Shown: positions 50,516 through 59,320, numbered from the stretch's first letter. The stretch is 64,000 nt of DNA from Spirochaetia bacterium (GCA_965225855.1 CBDDCK010000005.1:1376001-1440000), one strand, 5' to 3'. Numbers and translations: made by a program. The notes: a model not told the origin generated them from the sequence alone.

Positions 50516-51211
50516 ATGCTTTTTAATCAGGAAGATGAGGGGCTGGTACAAGAGTTTATTGCCGAACTGCGCAATATGAACTTGACCGTTGAAAACTTGG
50601 TTCAAGACTATGATCGCTTGATCGCTCTTTATGATATATCTTTCTTTTTTCGTATCTATCTACGCAGTTGTGCCCAAACCCTGCACGATCGCATTCTTGA
50701 GGAAAGCCATAATTCATTGATAGCAACACGTTATACTCAATTCTTTGAGTCGGAACTAACCACTATGCCCCGCATGATCTATTTGTTCCAAAGTGCCTAC
50801 GGTAGCCGTTTTGTGCGCAGCGTCTACCAAGCAGCTTACTTGACATTTATCGAACGCCAGCAACAAGCTACCGAATTCCTCAAAAAATCAGTAGCTGAAC
50901 ACGACAAGTTTGGCTTCTTTCGCAAAACAATCATTACCATTGAAGAAAGCCAATTGATTGAAGAGCCCAACAAAAAGGTATTGAATCCTCGGGTTAAGGG
51001 CAAACCACACAACCGGCCGATAGAGCAAAATAACTTACAAGTACAAGCCAATTTAACCAAGCCACAGAGTATAGATGCTCTCGAAAAACCACCTACCACA
51101 AAGGAAACTAGCGGGATATTAGAGCATAGACTCGGTAGTTTAGCCAACCATATCAGCTCGGAACTAAATACCGGCGATGACTTGGATGATGATTATCACT
51201 ATGATTTCTAG
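50516..51211 (+). CDS. Hypothetical protein
   Basis: 231-aa ORF with SD-like AGGAA; no recognised motif. Confidence 0.7.
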   Translation: MLFNQEDEGLVQEFIAELRNMNLTVENLVQDYDRLIALYDISFFFRIYLRSCAQTLHDRILEESHNSLIATRYTQFFESELTTMPRMIYLFQSAYGSRFVRSVYQAAYLTFIERQQQATEFLKKSVAEHDKFGFFRKTIITIEESQLIEEPNKKVLNPRVKGKPHNRPIEQNNLQVQANLTKPQSIDALEKPPTTKETSGILEHRLGSLANHISSELNTGDDLDDDYHYDF

Positions 51212-51259
51212 CCTTTTAGCTGCTAAGCCAAAATCCGTTACCATTGCCATAAAAAAGGC

Positions 51260-51288
51260 TTGACACGATTATTTGATTGCGATAGATT
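51260..51288 (+). promoter_or_regulatory. sigma70 promoter of tRNA-Arg/tRNA-Ser
   Basis: TTGACA-17 nt-TAGATT. Confidence 0.7.
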
Positions 51289-51328
51289 CTGATCTACAAT
51301 TTGTAACAATCTATATGTTTTATTCTTT

Positions 51329-51402
51329 GTACCCATAGCTCAGCTGGATAGAGTGTCAGATTGCGGTTCTGAAGGTCGGTGGTTCGAATCCACTTGGGTA
51401 CG
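51329..51402 (+). tRNA. tRNA-Arg(GCG)
   Basis: GTACCCATAGCTCAGCTGGATAGAG...TCAGA-TTGCGGT-TCTGA...GGTTCGAATCC...GGGTACG. Confidence 0.95.
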
Positions 51403-51423
51403 TTATTAGCTTAATTAAACTTA

Positions 51424-51510
51424 GGAGAGGTGTCCGAGTGGCTTAAGGAGCACGCTTGGAAAGCGTGTGTATCAGCAATGGTACCGAGGGTTCGAATCCC
51501 TCTCTCTCCG
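51424..51510 (+). tRNA. tRNA-Ser(GGA)
   Basis: GGAGAGGTGTCCGAGTGG...CACGC-TTGGAAA-GCGTG, long variable arm, GGTTCGAATCC. Confidence 0.97.
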
Positions 51511-51573
51511 TTACATTTTGTAAACTAATTAGTTGTATAAAACCTTACTATAGCGAATTGTTGATAAACGATT

Positions 51574-51616
51574 GTAAATTTGCACGCAAAATGAAACGAC
51601 TTGCGTGCAAATTTAC
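51574..51616. terminator. Bidirectional terminator between tRNA-Ser and lipoprotein paralog 3
   Basis: 16-bp perfect arms GTAAATTTGCACGCAA / TTGCGTGCAAATTTAC. Confidence 0.75.
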
Positions 51617-51655
51617 TTACTTTTTAGCTTGGTTACCGTAACAACCAAACCCTAC

Positions 51656-53419
51656 TTAATAATTTACAACTTGAATAGCATTGGTTGGGTATGCTAAACC
51701 ACCAATTACAAATCCTGCTGCTACTTCAAGGTTGTATGCACCATTATTATCACTTTTACCAACCTTAACCAGTATCTTCTCGGCTTCCGCTCTTACACTA
51801 CCGCTTAAAGTAATAAATAATCTGCGTCTATTTACCCCCATAGAACCTGTGGCTGTGTTTTCACCTGCAGTTGCGTGCTGGGGTAATGTGTATCTCTTAT
51901 TACCATCACCGGATACAATCGTCAATTTGCTAAAGTCCCACTCTGCAACTACTCTCGGTAAATTGGCACCCTCAATCAATAATATGCCTTCAATAGTAGA
52001 GTAGAGTACGGAGCCGATCTTGCTTATGTAGCCACTAACGGTAATAGGGTTATTGCTTGTGTCTTCAGTGCTACCACCGGCAAAGCCTGCTGCTGCTTCC
52101 AGGTTGTATGCACCAGTATCATCACTATCACCATTCTTAAACAGTATCTTCCCGGCTTTCCTTTTTTCACTACCCCCTAAAGTAATCGTTAAGCTTGTTG
52201 CACTTGCACGAGAACCTGTGGCAAAGCTTATAATAGTTCGATATGCGCCTCCATATCGGTTGTGCCGGAATAATGGGGCACTCTTATCACCATTACCTGC
52301 GACAAACCTCAATTTGGTGAAGTCCCAGCCCCACACTGTTGACGGTAAATTGACACCTGTAATCACTAACACGCCTGTAGCAGCATTGTAGGTTGCACGG
52401 GTAATTGTGGGTGCGGGGTTTCCACTAACGGCCAAGGCTTTGGCTGTATCTAAACCCGCCCAAGCACCAGTGCTAGTAAGCAACCCATCTTTTAGACCAT
52501 TGCTATCCATACCGTCCTTGCCATTCAGAGTAGCTTTATGTGGATCGGTAAGTTTCAGCCAAAGTGCTGTGCCATCGCTTTTAATACGGTACTTACCTTT
52601 TGCAAGACCACGACTATCTGACCCAGTAGCTGTGCCATCTGCAGTATAGGAACTTAAGGCTAAGCCATCTACCGTAATGGTTTGGATTTGCGCTTGGGTC
52701 GCAGTTGTAGCACTTAAGTAAGTACCTTGTACGGTTAACAGCGCCGTGCCAACATGGTAGGTTGCATGGGTAATTGCAGCTTTAGGCGACTCCTCTTCGA
52801 CTTGTTCGACTTGTTTGTCTTTAGGTTGCTTAGGCGACTCTTCTTCAGCTTGTTCGACTTGTTTGTCTTTAGGTTGCTTAGGCGATTCATCATCGACTTC
52901 TTCGGTTTGTTCGGCTTCGGGTAACTTACGCGACTCTTCTTCGGTTTCGGTCTTAGACTGCTTACCGGGTACATTCTGAACGACCAAGTCTTTGGCTGTA
53001 TTTAAACCCGCCCAAGCACCAGAGCTAGTAAGCAACCCTTTTTTTAGACCATCGCTACCCACCTTGGCCTCAAGAGCAGCTTTATGTTCATCTTTAAGTT
53101 TCAGCCAAAGCTTTGTGCCATCGGTTGCAATACGGTACTTACCTTCTGCCAGACCGCTACTATCTGGCCCAGTGGCTGGGTCATCTGCAGTATAGGAATC
53201 TAAAGCTACGCCATCTACTACGATGGTTTGGATTTGGGCTTCTGTAGGGCTTAAGTTAGAACCTTGTACGGTTAAGATAGCCGTGCCAACATCGTAGATG
53301 GCCTTATTGATAGTCGGCCCAGAAGATGGCGCATCATCGTCATCGGGTGGGGCGCAGGCAAAGGCCATAAAGGCCAGTAGCCAGGCTACAGGCAATAAAA
53401 GTAGTTTGTGCTTATACAT
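51656..53419 (-). CDS. Modular surface lipoprotein, paralog 3 (A1-short linker-A2-B1-B2)
   Basis: Start MYKHKL after GGAGG; LAFMAFA|CAPPDDDD; same modules as paralogs 1 and 2. Confidence 0.88.
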   Translation of the reverse strand: MYKHKLLLLPVAWLLAFMAFACAPPDDDDAPSSGPTINKAIYDVGTAILTVQGSNLSPTEAQIQTIVVDGVALDSYTADDPATGPDSSGLAEGKYRIATDGTKLWLKLKDEHKAALEAKVGSDGLKKGLLTSSGAWAGLNTAKDLVVQNVPGKQSKTETEEESRKLPEAEQTEEVDDESPKQPKDKQVEQAEEESPKQPKDKQVEQVEEESPKAAITHATYHVGTALLTVQGTYLSATTATQAQIQTITVDGLALSSYTADGTATGSDSRGLAKGKYRIKSDGTALWLKLTDPHKATLNGKDGMDSNGLKDGLLTSTGAWAGLDTAKALAVSGNPAPTITRATYNAATGVLVITGVNLPSTVWGWDFTKLRFVAGNGDKSAPLFRHNRYGGAYRTIISFATGSRASATSLTITLGGSEKRKAGKILFKNGDSDDTGAYNLEAAAGFAGGSTEDTSNNPITVSGYISKIGSVLYSTIEGILLIEGANLPRVVAEWDFSKLTIVSGDGNKRYTLPQHATAGENTATGSMGVNRRRLFITLSGSVRAEAEKILVKVGKSDNNGAYNLEVAAGFVIGGLAYPTNAIQVVNY

Positions 53420-53483
53420 AAGCAATACCTCCAACAAATGGATAAAGATTGACCAACCCATACGGGCTAGTGTGTAAATCCCT

Positions 53484-53510
53484 ATTTTGCTAGGGGGGGT
53501 GTTGCGTCAA
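53484..53510 (-). promoter_or_regulatory. Conserved putative promoter with C7 tract (paralog 3)
   Basis: TTGACG-caaca-C7-tag-CAAAAT, 15-nt spacer. Confidence 0.55.
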
Positions 53511-53721
53511 GGCCTATACAAGCTTTTTACAAGTTTTTTTGTGCTTTTTTTATGTTTGGGCACTTTTTTTGTGTGTTAGTGTTGTTTTTTAGTGTTGGTT
53601 GGGGGTTCAAAATCCATGCCAATCAAAAGGCTTAAGGGTGTTGGTTGGGCCTTTGTTTGGCCTTTGGGGGGTGGCAAAGTGTAGAATTGAATAAAATACT
53701 TGATTACACCTCAATTACACT

Positions 53722-53873
53722 ATGGGGCAATCTCCAAAAGGTGAAACATTTAATGAAAATGAAAACGCTATATTATTCTTTCAGGGGCGTTCAGAATTTG
53801 GCCAACGATTGCCGATGATTGTTGTATAGGTCCTGGATTATGTGCCGATGTAGAAAATTTCATTAAAGACTAG
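53722..53873 (+). pseudogene. hsdS: Remnant of a type I restriction-modification specificity subunit TRD
   Basis: MGQSPKGETFNENENAILFFQGRSEFG, then in another frame IADDCCIGPGLCA; both match HsdS TRD motifs (MGQSP...FFQG..EFG; CCIGRGL) with the intervening part deleted. Confidence 0.72.
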
Positions 53874-53879
53874 GGTATT

Positions 53880-54040
53880 AATAGGTGCGAGGTAAATCTA
53901 TTGATAGATTTAGGTCAATTCTATCAATAGGTGGGAGGTAATTCTATTGATAGATTTGGGTCAATTCTATCAATAGGTGCGAGGTAAATCTATTAATAGA
54001 TTTGGGTCAATTCTATTATATAGGTGCGAGGTAATTCTAT
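53880..54040. repeat. Non-coding tandem array: about 3.5 x 46 bp built of alternating 23-bp hairpin units
   Basis: AATAGGTGCGAGGTAAATCTATT / GATAGATTTRGGTCAATTCTATC repeated from 53880, 53926, 53972 and about 54019. Confidence 0.88.
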
Positions 54041-54366
54041 GGGTAGAGGGGGCTGGGGTATTTATTTATCGGTATTGTTCTGCTTTAGCCTTAGCTAAAA
54101 TTTCTTTTACCAGCCTATCATTAATAATCGTTTGGCTATGTTTTAGGCTTTTTTATCTGAAGCCCTTTGGCCTTTACCTTTTAAGGAGAATGAGGGCTTA
54201 GAGCTGGGCACTAAAAACTCTCATTATACTGCCGATACTCTGGCTGCAGCGATTTGTCTTTGCCATCAACAAAATCGTTTTACGTTTTGATTATTAAAAC
54301 GAATAAAGCAGAAGCTAATAACTTTGTTCATTGGTTTGCCAAAATTTAAATTATTAGCTCCATTGG

Positions 54367-55728
54367 TTAAGACCAATTAGGCAATTGATATACTGAATTT
54401 TGCTTTTTGTGCTCGGTAAATAATTCATCTACAAGCGCGTAAATTTGAGCTATTGACAATTCTGCAGAAGCGTGTGGGTCCATCATAGCCGCGTGGTAAA
54501 ACCACTGTTTATCTTGCTGCACAAAGGCTTCGGTAAATAACCACTGAACATTAACATTCGTTGCAATAAGCGCAGCCAAATGGGGAGGCAACTTACCAAC
54601 CTTAACCGGATGTATGCCTTGAGAATCTACTAAACAAGGTACCTCAACAGCCGCTCCCGCTAAAATATTGTCAATTAAACCGTTATTCGGCACATTGCCA
54701 TAAATAACCTGTGGCTGACCTGTCTCAATCGCCTGGATAATTTTAGAAGCATATTCTTTACTTGGCTCAATATCTTTGTCGATACCAGCCGTAATATCGG
54801 CCAGTTGCTTTTCCCACCTAGCTAACTGTTCCACACAGCGTTTGGGATATTCATCTAAAGGTATACGAAACTGCTCAATTAGCTTTGGTTGCTGGCTTTT
54901 AATGAAATAAGGCGTATACTCGGCAAAATGCTCGGAACTTTCGCTAACAAAATAACCTAAGTATTTGAACATTTCATAGCGCACCAAATTAGGGCAACGC
55001 GGATTCCAAGAACTTTCCTTGGGAATACGTCCCGCACGATAACCTTCGAGCATATCGGGATACAAATTTTTGTGAGAACCATCGCTTTGAATATGTTCAA
55101 AACGCAGATAAAAAGCCATATGGTTAATTCCCGCAGCAAAATAAGAAAGGCTTTCATACGGCAATTCTAAGTCCCGTGCCAACTCATGGGCCGTACCTTG
55201 AATGGAATGGCACAAACCAACATAACGAATTTGCGGCCGTAAAATACTAATAGCCCAAGAAATCATAGCCATAGGGTTTACATAATTTAACAGCCACGCT
55301 TGGGGGCATACCTGTAAAATCTCATCGCAAATATCCAAAAATACCGGCACCGAGCGCAAAGCACGCATAATGCCGCCAGGCCCCAAAGTGTCGGCAATAG
55401 TTTGGCGTAGGCCATGTTTTTTAGAAACTTCAAAATCAATCACCGTAGCCGGTTGATAACCACCCACCTGAAACATACAAATAACAAAATTGCTACATTC
55501 CAGGGCTTTTTTCCTTTGAGCTTGGCCGCAGAATTTAGTAAACCGAGCTTTAGTCCCCAGCTTAGTATTGATCTTGTGGCAAACCATGATAGAATCGTCT
55601 AACCGCTTTTCGTCAATATCATAAAGAGCAAATTCTAATTCTTGAAATTCCGGAAGAAAAAGAATATCGCCGATGATATTGCGGGCAAATACAGTGCTAC
55701 CAGCACCAATAATAGTAATTTTCAACAT
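54367..55728 (-). CDS. melA: Family GH4 alpha-galactosidase/alpha-glucosidase
   Basis: IIGAGSTVF, QTIADTLGPGGIMRALR, LNYVNPM, VGLCHS, AGINHM, ESSEHFAEY. Confidence 0.92.
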   Translation of the reverse strand: MLKITIIGAGSTVFARNIIGDILFLPEFQELEFALYDIDEKRLDDSIMVCHKINTKLGTKARFTKFCGQAQRKKALECSNFVICMFQVGGYQPATVIDFEVSKKHGLRQTIADTLGPGGIMRALRSVPVFLDICDEILQVCPQAWLLNYVNPMAMISWAISILRPQIRYVGLCHSIQGTAHELARDLELPYESLSYFAAGINHMAFYLRFEHIQSDGSHKNLYPDMLEGYRAGRIPKESSWNPRCPNLVRYEMFKYLGYFVSESSEHFAEYTPYFIKSQQPKLIEQFRIPLDEYPKRCVEQLARWEKQLADITAGIDKDIEPSKEYASKIIQAIETGQPQVIYGNVPNNGLIDNILAGAAVEVPCLVDSQGIHPVKVGKLPPHLAALIATNVNVQWLFTEAFVQQDKQWFYHAAMMDPHASAELSIAQIYALVDELFTEHKKQNSVYQLPNWS

Positions 55729-55805
55729 AACATGTCCCTTATCAAAACATAAAGATTTTTAATATTTATTCTGAAGCTGCGCCTTATTGGAGGCTATGGG
55801 GACTA

Positions 55806-56618
55806 TCACTTAATCCCTGTCATAGCAATACCCGTTTGAAAAGACTTCTGAAAAAAGAAATAGAACAGCACCAAAGGAACTGTAACTACCGTAGCGCCAG
55901 CCATCATCACGCCATAATTTGCAATGTAGCTAACCCCAGTTTGTAAATACATAATTCCTGCGGTCAAAGTCATCTTTTTAATATCTGTGTTGACAATTAA
56001 AGGCCACATTAAGTCTTTCCAAGCAAAAATCATAGTGAAGATACTCAACGCCACTATAAACGATTTTAATAGAGGTAAATAAACCAACGAATAAACCTGC
56101 CAGCGATTGCAACCATCAATAACCGAAGATTCTTCCAAAGCACTGGGTAAACTCAAAAAAGCCTGCCTCATTAAGAATGTACCAAAAGCGCTAACCAAAC
56201 CTGGAAATACTAAAGCAAACAGCGTATTTAAGGCATTTAAATGGAATAACATACGATATTGTGGATAAATAAATACCGCTGGCGGTATCATAAATTGGAA
56301 GATAACCAACGCAAAGAAAAATTTATTACCCGGAAAAGATATTTTAGCAAAACCATAAGCCGCCATTGTGCTGAATAGAACGGCGCAGACAATACGAAAA
56401 AATACCAATAATATCGTATTCAAATAGAAACTAGCAAATGGCAATAAAGTAAATAGTTCTACATAATTGCGCCACTGCCATATTTTAGGCAACCAAACAG
56501 GAGGGATTGCGATGGCCTCATTGGCATCTTTCAAAGAGCTAAGCACAGTCCACAAAAATGGAAACACAAATACCACACTGCCCAAAAATAACACTAAATA
56601 GACCCATGTCTGCTTCAT
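55806..56618 (-). CDS. Carbohydrate ABC transporter permease (MalG-like)
   Basis: EAA-like LEESSVIDGC; SAFGTFLMRQAF. Confidence 0.93.
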   Translation of the reverse strand: MKQTWVYLVLFLGSVVFVFPFLWTVLSSLKDANEAIAIPPVWLPKIWQWRNYVELFTLLPFASFYLNTILLVFFRIVCAVLFSTMAAYGFAKISFPGNKFFFALVIFQFMIPPAVFIYPQYRMLFHLNALNTLFALVFPGLVSAFGTFLMRQAFLSLPSALEESSVIDGCNRWQVYSLVYLPLLKSFIVALSIFTMIFAWKDLMWPLIVNTDIKKMTLTAGIMYLQTGVSYIANYGVMMAGATVVTVPLVLFYFFFQKSFQTGIAMTGIK

Positions 56619-56645
56619 TGTACTGCGTCCACCCCACCAATAAGC

Positions 56646-57527
56646 TTATTCATAATGTACCCATTTGCGCTGCAAACGAAACTGTATCGCTGTAATCAAT
56701 AAGATGAGCAGCAATAAAATCACAATAACCACCGAGCCAATACCCGGCTTACCGGCGTTAAAAGTATAACGAAAATAAAATTCTAGCACCGGCCGTACCG
56801 AAGCATAGGCGGGATTACGCAAATCCACCATCACTGTTGGCAAGTCAAAAATCTGCAAACCACTGATTAACGAAAGAACTAAAACCATGAAGATAGTCGG
56901 AGAGAGCAACGGCAAGGTAATCATAAAGAATTTACGCAAGGGCCCCGCCCCATCGATCTGGGCGGCTTCATAGTAGGTGGGAGAAATGCTTTGCATGCCT
57001 GCAATAAACAAAATTACATAGTAGCCCACCACAGACCAGATACCCACCAAAGAAACCGTAGTTAAAGCATAGCTAGAATGGGTCAAAAAAGGTATTTCTG
57101 TGCCGAGCAAGCGGTTGATAATACCGTACTTAGCTTGCAATAAAAATATCCAGATCACCCCAAGAGCCACGCCCGGAACTACAACCGGAGTAAAAAATAC
57201 GGTACGGAATAAACCTTCCCCCCGCACCTTGGAATTGAGCAAAGCCGCTATCACTAAAGCAAAAAAAATGGACAACGGTACCGTTATTAGGGTATATATA
57301 ATCGTATTGGACATAGCTTGCCAAAAGGTAGCATCTTCCAGCAAGCTGCGGAAATTATCGAAACCAACAAAAGAAAGTTTATCCCTGCGCAAACCCTTGG
57401 TTCGGAACAAAGTCATGTAAATGGTATGTACAATAGGGTATAAATTCAGTATTGTTATTCCCAACATAGTGGGCCCTATGAATAAATAGCCCCAAAACCA
57501 ATCCCCTTTTAAGCGCAGCATAAGCAA
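56646..57527 (-). CDS. Carbohydrate ABC transporter permease (MalF-like)
   Basis: YYEAAQIDGAG, ITLPLLSPT, C-terminal KWVHYE. Confidence 0.93.
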   Translation of the reverse strand: MLMLRLKGDWFWGYLFIGPTMLGITILNLYPIVHTIYMTLFRTKGLRRDKLSFVGFDNFRSLLEDATFWQAMSNTIIYTLITVPLSIFFALVIAALLNSKVRGEGLFRTVFFTPVVVPGVALGVIWIFLLQAKYGIINRLLGTEIPFLTHSSYALTTVSLVGIWSVVGYYVILFIAGMQSISPTYYEAAQIDGAGPLRKFFMITLPLLSPTIFMVLVLSLISGLQIFDLPTVMVDLRNPAYASVRPVLEFYFRYTFNAGKPGIGSVVIVILLLLILLITAIQFRLQRKWVHYE

Positions 57528-57573
57528 CCTGTCCCGCTTTGTGCCAGTCTCTATGTCAACTTGTTTACAGGAA

Positions 57574-58872
57574 TTACTTATTTTGGTCGATAATACGATT
57601 CATCTTTTCGGCCAGCTCCTTCATACCCTGCTCTACCGGGACTTCCCCAGAAAGCAAGCGTCCCATAGTTTCGACTACTAGAGGCCGCCATTCGGCACCG
57701 CCGGGAGCTTGCGGATAGCCCACAGCATAAGGTAGCTGGTCGGGATACACCTTTAGATTAAAGCCACTACCAAAAGAATCTGCCCAAGGGGCCAAAGTTC
57801 CGTTATATGCCGGTATGGCCGCACCGTTTTGCGCTTGCAGACGGTGGCCTTCTTCACTAGCCAAAACTTTCTCAAACGCCCAAGCAGCTTGCGGATTTTT
57901 GCTTTCTGCCGAAATAGCATAACCCAAACCGTTATATAGAGTTGCCCGACCTTTAGGCCCTTGCGGCAATACCGCCAAATCAAAATTAGCCTTAGCGTAT
58001 TCGTTGCCATTTATGGCACTAACATTCCAAGAGCCCATCTGACGCATGGCTATCTTGCCGGCAAAAAACTGTTGATCTTCCGCCTCGGCAATGGGTGGCG
58101 CGATACCCTCCTGCAAAATAAAATCGACATAACGCTGTACGGCCTCTATCGTTTCGGGCAGATCAAAACCACTAGTTCCGTCCGGCTGTACCACTGCACC
58201 ACCGTTTTGATAGATAAAATTCCACCAACCTTCTTGCTCGTTATTATTGGCTAGAAAACCATAAACCCCGTTGGCCGGGTCGGTCAATTGTTGGCCTGCG
58301 GCCACCAGATCGTCCCAAGTCCAGCTTTCATCGGGATAGGCTACGCCCGCTTGATCAAACAGGCTCTTATTGTACCACAAGCCGATGGTGTCAAAGTCTT
58401 TAGGAATTGCGTACTGTCGGCCTTCATATCGGTAGAGCTGGACTAAATCCTGCGGATAATTGGCCAAAGATAGTTCTGGGTCTGTCTCGATACGATCGGT
58501 TAAATCCATCAATGCATCACTGGAGGCAAACAGCTCAAACTGGATGACATGCATCCAAAAAAGGTCGGGTAAATTACCCGAGCTAGCCGCGGTGCGCATT
58601 TTTTGCCAGTATTCATTCCAAGGGGTTACTTGTAGCTCTATCTTAGCTTTGGGATAAGCCTGCTCAAACAGCTGAATATTGGCTTGCATACCCGGGGATT
58701 GATTGGAATCCCAGGTAGCAAAAGCCAGCGTGCCACTAATCGGCTGGTTGCCGGTTGGGTCTTGCTGGGTATCGGCACTCTTTTTAGCGCAACTGAACAT
58801 GAAAAGTAACATTAAAATATTCAATGCGATAAAGAGGCTAGACCCCCAAAATTTTGTAAAAGATAGTTTCAT
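57574..58872 (-). CDS. Sugar ABC transporter substrate-binding lipoprotein
   Basis: Lipobox LFMFS|C; PDLFWM, YAIPKDFDTIGLWYNKSLFDQAG. Confidence 0.93.
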   Translation of the reverse strand: MKLSFTKFWGSSLFIALNILMLLFMFSCAKKSADTQQDPTGNQPISGTLAFATWDSNQSPGMQANIQLFEQAYPKAKIELQVTPWNEYWQKMRTAASSGNLPDLFWMHVIQFELFASSDALMDLTDRIETDPELSLANYPQDLVQLYRYEGRQYAIPKDFDTIGLWYNKSLFDQAGVAYPDESWTWDDLVAAGQQLTDPANGVYGFLANNNEQEGWWNFIYQNGGAVVQPDGTSGFDLPETIEAVQRYVDFILQEGIAPPIAEAEDQQFFAGKIAMRQMGSWNVSAINGNEYAKANFDLAVLPQGPKGRATLYNGLGYAISAESKNPQAAWAFEKVLASEEGHRLQAQNGAAIPAYNGTLAPWADSFGSGFNLKVYPDQLPYAVGYPQAPGGAEWRPLVVETMGRLLSGEVPVEQGMKELAEKMNRIIDQNK

Positions 58873-58986
58873 TCAATCTCTCCTCTTTTATTTATTATTT
58901 ATGAAAATTTTTTGAATCAATAAATTCATATTGTTCAAGTATCATAATTTCATTTATAACATAGAACAATATGAAAAATCTATAAT

Positions 58987-59008
58987 ATATAGCATAATTA
59001 TGCTATAT
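58987..59008. promoter_or_regulatory. 22-bp perfect palindrome (candidate operator) upstream of the melA ABC operon
   Basis: ATATAGCATAATTATGCTATAT. Confidence 0.5.
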
Positions 59009-59141
59009 TCATTGAATAATTTTTGATAAATATTTAAAGTTAGATAATTTCTATATAATGATATATATAAGTTTACTCTATTGATAATTTCAATGGGTAA
59101 TTTCATATGAATAGTAATATTATGAAAGGCAATTTTCAAAG

Positions 59142-59320
59142 ATTGCCTTTCACCAATTTCTGGAAGAGGTTCGGCTTGTTCAGGCTCAAAATTTATTACA
59201 ATATTTCTGCGCAGAACATAAAAATATAGCAGCAATGGTAGGCTTTAGCGATCATAACTACTTTATCCGAGTTCTTCATCGTCATTCGGTATTACTCCGA
59301 GCAAATTCCGCAAGCTGTAG
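59142..59320 (+). pseudogene. 3' remnant of an AraC-family regulator
   Basis: FHQFLEEVRLVQAQNLL...NIAAMVGFSDHNYFIRV, then frameshifted FGITPSKFRKL*; classic AraC C-terminal HTH. Confidence 0.8.

Noticed and set aside
9406..53419. Diversity-generating retroelement acting on the lipoproteins
   Set aside because: No reverse transcriptase or template repeat in the window; differences include indels and block swaps, not adenine-specific substitutions
53880..54040. Alternating 23-bp units as a mini-CRISPR
   Set aside because: The would-be spacers are near-identical to each other; no cas genes or leader
51424..54300. Intact genomic island integrated at tRNA-Ser
   Set aside because: I found no duplicated tRNA 3' end and no integrase; only decayed fragments, so it cannot be called
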